Under the pieces are notes generated by a model that was given only the letters and a program-made list of their open reading frames with translations, was not told the origin of the DNA and made no database searches. Of a stretch of 64,000 nucleotides of DNA, positions 59,823 through 64,000 are shown in pieces. This DNA is from an uncultured Actinomycetota bacterium (lineage in GTDB: Bacteria; Actinomycetota; Acidimicrobiia; Acidimicrobiales; Ilumatobacteraceae). The translations under genes and the position numbers were made by a program. The stretch's first letter is position 1; every line of letters starts with the position of its first letter. Where the stretch lies: the NCBI GenBank assembly GCA_963738275.1, contig CAVTVY010000001.1:122448-186447 (forward strand). The letters are read 5' to 3'.

Positions 59823-60845
59823 ATGGCCGACACCACACCTGGCATGGTCTGCGCCCACCACCACCTCTATTCCTCGCTGGCCCGTGGCATGCCTGCGCCG
59901 CCGCGGCAGCCCACCGCGTTCGACGAGATTCTGGAACAGGTGTGGTGGCGCCTCGATGCCGCGCTCGACCTCGACATGATCCGAGCGAGCGCTCTGCTGG
60001 GCGCGACCGAAGCGCTGATGTGTGGCACGACGGCGATCGTCGATCACCACGAAAGCCCCAATGCGATCGAAGGAAGCCTCGACGTGATCGCTGACGCGTG
60101 CGCAGAGGTTGGCGTGCGTGTGCTGTGTGCGTACGGCGTCACCGATCGCCATGGTGCCGACGGTGCCAAGCGCGGGCTTGCCGAGAACGAACGGTTCATT
60201 AGAGGTGGCGGACGCGGGTTGGTTGGTGTGCACGCCGCGTTCACCTGCACCGATGACACGTTGGAGGCGGCGGCCGGGCTGGCCACCGACTTGGGTGTGG
60301 GTGTCCACATTCACGTTTCCGAGGGCCCATCCGACCATGCTGCGGGGGAGCGGCTCGAGCGCCTTGCCACCCCAGACTGGCTGTTGGTGCACTGCGTGTC
60401 GCTCGACCGAGAGCTTCCGGGAACGATCGCCCACAACCCCCGCAGCAACATGAACAACGCTGTCGGCTACGCCAAACCCGCTGGTCGGGCCAACCCGGTG
60501 GTGCTGGGAACCGACGGCATTGGGGCCGACATGCTCGAAGAGATGCGGCTCGCCTTCGTTGCTCACCGCGCCGATGACGTGACCGCATCGCCCGACACGG
60601 CGGCGAGTTGGTTGACCAACTCGTACGCCCTCATGCCAGAGGCTGCCCACGACCGGGTGACCTGGAACTACGACCACGCCGACTCCCCCTGGCATGTGGC
60701 GTTCACCCCGGGAATCCGCGCGGTCGACGTGGTCGCCGGCGACGGCGAGGTGCTGCTCAGCAACGGACTGCCCACCCGCGTTGACGTGCAAGAAGTGCGG
60801 GCAAAGGCAGCAGAGCAGGCTCGGCGCCTTCACGCACTGCTGTAA
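59823..60845 (+). CDS. Amidohydrolase family protein (SsnA-like aminohydrolase/deaminase)
   Basis: PGMVCAHHHLYSSLARG, WWRLDAAL, DHHESP, HIHVSEG, HNPRSNMNNAVG, LGTDG. Confidence 0.88.
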   Translation: MADTTPGMVCAHHHLYSSLARGMPAPPRQPTAFDEILEQVWWRLDAALDLDMIRASALLGATEALMCGTTAIVDHHESPNAIEGSLDVIADACAEVGVRVLCAYGVTDRHGADGAKRGLAENERFIRGGGRGLVGVHAAFTCTDDTLEAAAGLATDLGVGVHIHVSEGPSDHAAGERLERLATPDWLLVHCVSLDRELPGTIAHNPRSNMNNAVGYAKPAGRANPVVLGTDGIGADMLEEMRLAFVAHRADDVTASPDTAASWLTNSYALMPEAAHDRVTWNYDHADSPWHVAFTPGIRAVDVVAGDGEVLLSNGLPTRVDVQEVRAKAAEQARRLHALL

Positions 60846-60937
60846 ACGCAGCCCGTTCAGCGCGGATCAAGTGCAACGGGAGGTGCTGGGACGAAAGTCA
60901 CACTTGGTTTTCCGAACGAATGACCGATACTTGATGG

Positions 60938-61744
60938 GTGCGCCTTCTGAATCGATTCACCTCGGCTGGTCAAGCCGCGTTGGATTCGGCTTCGGCGCGC
61001 TTGTGGACCCGAGCTGCAGTCGCTGCGGCAACGTTCGCCACCGCCCCCCGGCGGCGCGCGTTGCGCATCACCCGTGGCATCGGCGTGCACGTCGTCGGGT
61101 CGGTCATCCTCGCTGCCGCTGTCGGCCTCATGTTGTGGAACGACTTCGGTCCCGGCCCACTCGACATGTTCATCGTTGCGGTCACCGACCACACAGGGCT
61201 GCCACTGGCCATCGCACTGTGGCTCACCATCGGAACGTTGCTGATGGTCGCGTGGGCGATGGGTCGCAGGCCGGGTGTCGGAAGCATCGTCACGCCTATC
61301 GTCATCGGCCCGGCGATCCAGTTCTTCGTGAGCGTTTTCGACGCCTACGAGGCGCCGTCCGCCATTGGGGCGAAGATTGCCATCCAATTGTTTTCCCTCG
61401 TGTTCGTGGGCATCGGAGCTGGGGCCATCATCGCCTCCGGGCTCGGCGCCGGAATGGGCGAACTCCTCGCTCAAGCCGGCGCAGACAAGACGGGTCACCC
61501 CCCACAGTTGGTGCGGGTTGGCTGTGAACTCACCTGGCTCGCGGCCGGGCTCCTGCTCGGTGGCCCGTTCGGCCTCGGCACATTGATCGTTGCGGTGGCC
61601 ATCGGGCCTGCCGTCGGGCGTGGCAACCGCTTCGTCACCAGCCTGATGGGCGGCCTCACCAACTCCGCTCGGCGCCAGATTCTGCTGCACTCCGAAGCGC
61701 AGCCGCTCCCGGCACCGCCGATTCGCGTACCCGTAGCCGCTTGA
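60938..61744 (+). CDS. YczE/YitT-like membrane protein
   Basis: [30 protein letters not shown]; start uncertain. Confidence 0.75.
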   Translation: MRLLNRFTSAGQAALDSASARLWTRAAVAAATFATAPRRRALRITRGIGVHVVGSVILAAAVGLMLWNDFGPGPLDMFIVAVTDHTGLPLAIALWLTIGTLLMVAWAMGRRPGVGSIVTPIVIGPAIQFFVSVFDAYEAPSAIGAKIAIQLFSLVFVGIGAGAIIASGLGAGMGELLAQAGADKTGHPPQLVRVGCELTWLAAGLLLGGPFGLGTLIVAVAIGPAVGRGNRFVTSLMGGLTNSARRQILLHSEAQPLPAPPIRVPVAA

Positions 61745-61793
61745 CCGCAGGCACCTCGCGCGTCGCACTTGTGCGGCGTGCAAGGATGGGCGT

Positions 61794-62787
61794 ATGGATC
61801 AGGTGGCTCTCTATCTGCAAGATGCGCACCCAATGCGCGAAGGCATCGAACTCGTGCAATACGCCGAATCGAAAGGCTTCGACGCCGTGTGGCAGGCCGA
61901 CAGCCGTCTCGTTCGAGACGCGGTCGTGCCGATGGCGGCGTTCGGTGCAACCACCAACACCATCAAGATCGGTTCCGGCGTCGTCGACATCTGGACCCGC
62001 AACCCTGCTCGACTCGCGAGCACGTTCTCAACCCTCGATGACCTCGCGCCGGGCCGATACATCTGCGGCCTGGGTGCGTGGTGGGATCCGTTGGCGGAGA
62101 AGGTCGGCATCGATCGTGCTCGCCCGCTCACCGTGATGCGCGAAGTGGTGACTGCCGTGCGAGCGCTCCTCAACAACGAGACGGTCACGATGGACGGCGT
62201 TCACGTTCATCTCGATGGCGTGGAACTCGACTACGTCCATCAAGAGCGGCGCCCGAAGCACGTGCCGATCTACATCGGCGCCACCGGCATGCAGATGATG
62301 GAACTCACCGGCGAAATCGCCGACGGTGCCGTGCTCAACTATCTCGTCAGCCCCGATTACAACATCCGCGCCCTCGAAGCGCTGGCGCGCGGTGCCGCCA
62401 AGGCGGGTCGCACGATCGACGCCATCGATCGTCCGCAGTTGGTGGTGTGCAGTGTCGACACAGACCGTCAGGCCGCGCTCGACGGTGCCCGCCTGTTGGT
62501 CACCCAGTATCTGGGCCAGCAGCCTCACATCATGAAGGCGTCGGGCGTGCCGCAAGCACTGCTCGACGAGATTGGGCAGGTGCTCACCTGGCCGGCCACC
62601 CACGACGAAGTGGTGGCGGCCAGCAAGCTGGTGCCAGACGACATCGTGCAAATGATCACGGCATCGGGAACCCCCGACGAGGTGCGCGCCAAAGTCGACG
62701 AGTACGTAGCCAACGGATGTACCTGCCCGATCCTCTACCCGCTCGGCCCACGACGTGAAGTTGATGATCGACACGTTCGCCCGCTGA
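61794..62787 (+). CDS. LLM-class (probably F420-dependent) oxidoreductase; frameshift ~62750
   Basis: [38 protein letters not shown]; ends [10 protein letters not shown]. Confidence 0.9.
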
Positions 62788-62805
62788 GGTCGCCCGAGGT
62801 TTGGG

Positions 62806-63483
62806 TTATCGGGCCCGGAGTTCTAGGCGGTCTCGCTGCACGATGTGGTAGCTGCGGTCGTGCTGTTCCAGCCATCCCAACTTGATGAAGTTGGCGATGG
62901 ACTTGTTGACTCGCTCTCGGGATGCGCCGACCATTCCGGCCAACTCTTCCTGGGTCACCGGCAGCTGAAACTCGTCTGCATCTCCGGCCATTTCAAGGAG
63001 CCGCTTGGCAGTTCGGCCGGTGACGTCGAGGAATACCGAGTCAGACAGCACCGAATCCATCACTCGGAGGCGCCCCGCAAGTAACCGAGCCACGTTCCAG
63101 AGCAACTGCGGTTGCTCGACGAACAACTCCCGCACAGGCTGGAACGGCACTTCGAGCACGTCGCTGGGCTCCAGCGCACGTGCCAGAGCTGAACGCGGCC
63201 CATCGTCGAGCAAGCCCAGCTCCCCGAACAAGTCGCCGGGCTCCATGAGCGCCACGACGCTTTCGCGCCGGTCGACCGGGCTGGCGATGGCGATCGCAAT
63301 TCGGCCCAAACCCACCAAGTACAAGGCGTCGGGAGCATCGCCTTCATTGAAGAGCACGTCGCCCCGCACCAGCTGACGCCGCCGTCCGCTCGCTTCGATT
63401 CGGGCCAGCATCTCGTCGGTGGCGTCGGCAAAGAACATCGTCTCGGCGAGCAGTTGCGTGTACTCGGTCATGTCGTCGGCCAC
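62806..63483 (-). CDS. Crp/Fnr family transcriptional regulator
   Basis: [20 protein letters not shown] (cNMP-binding), [18 protein letters not shown] (HTH). Confidence 0.93.
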   Translation of the reverse strand: MADDMTEYTQLLAETMFFADATDEMLARIEASGRRRQLVRGDVLFNEGDAPDALYLVGLGRIAIAIASPVDRRESVVALMEPGDLFGELGLLDDGPRSALARALEPSDVLEVPFQPVRELFVEQPQLLWNVARLLAGRLRVMDSVLSDSVFLDVTGRTAKRLLEMAGDADEFQLPVTQEELAGMVGASRERVNKSIANFIKLGWLEQHDRSYHIVQRDRLELRAR

Positions 63484-63501
63484 GGTACTACCCTCGGTTC
63501 G

Positions 63502-64000
63502 GTGCATCGGCGTCCAAAGGTCTGGGCCATCGTGGTCGGCGGCGGCAGCGGTGCCCGTTTCGGCAAGGCGAAACAATTCGAGTCGTTGGGCACCGAGCGC
63601 GTCATCGACAGGTCGCGTCGAATCGCCGAGGCCGCATGCGACGGCGTGGTGGTGGTGGTGCCGGCTGAATACGCCGATGCCGAGCGCGCCGTCACGGGTG
63701 GAGCGAGCCGCAGCGAGAGCGTGCGGCGCGGGCTCGCCAACGTCCCGCACGACGTCGACATCGTCTGCGTGCACGACGCAGCGCGCCCGTTTGCCACGGT
63801 GGAACTATTTCACCGGGTCATTGCCGCGGTCGCTGCGGGCGCCGATTCGGCGGTTCCCGGGTTGCCCGTGTCCGACACCATCAAAGAGGTCGACGCACAC
63901 GGCGTCGTCGTTGCAACACCACCCCGCGAACGGTTGGTCGCGGTGCAGACGCCGCAAGCGTTCAACGCCTCGTCGCTTCGTGCAGCCCATGCGAACGACG
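63502..64000 (+). CDS. ispD: 2-C-methyl-D-erythritol 4-phosphate cytidylyltransferase, partial (runs off the window end)
   Basis: Manual translation: WAIVVGGGSGARFGKAKQF, GGASRSESVRRGL, VHDAARPF, DTIK, VQTPQAF. Confidence 0.93.
   Translation, partial: MHRRPKVWAIVVGGGSGARFGKAKQFESLGTERVIDRSRRIAEAACDGVVVVVPAEYADAERAVTGGASRSESVRRGLANVPHDVDIVCVHDAARPFATVELFHRVIAAVAAGADSAVPGLPVSDTIKEVDAHGVVVATPPRERLVAVQTPQAFNASSLRAAHAND

Overview
High-GC actinobacterial chromosomal DNA, most consistent with Acidimicrobiia (Ilumatobacter-like). The taxon is inferred from gene content and order, not from a search. The window is mostly housekeeping and metabolic: ethylmalonyl-CoA mutase (meaA) and 3-hydroxybutyryl-CoA dehydrogenase, an arsR/acr3/arsI arsenic cluster, mobA, nadE, an Fe3+ ABC transporter, a LexA-boxed DUF222/HNH gene, tRNA-Pro(CGG), paired ArsA/Get3-like ATPases, selA/selB, dut, mshA-proC, rex-hemACD-hemB-hemL, several regulators and transporters, crp and ispD. 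About 15 genes, including essential ones, carry single-base frameshifts that are best explained as long-read consensus errors. No CRISPR array, phage or transposase is visible. The most unusual signals are: (i) a non-coding 35-bp-periodic array of a 12-bp core that flips orientation (57389-57767); (ii) two near-identical ~117-bp structured intergenic elements 17 kb apart; (iii) an unannotated 42-aa Cys-repeat ORF translationally coupled to an acyl-CoA ligase; (iv) a two-gene insert in the hem operon resembling contractile-injection-system-associated proteins; (v) an RsiG-like anti-sigma factor with altered c-di-GMP motifs, coupled to a MoaD-like protein; (vi) a DUF62/halogenase-family enzyme lacking the usual His; and (vii) a Cys-rich N-terminal extension on HemL.
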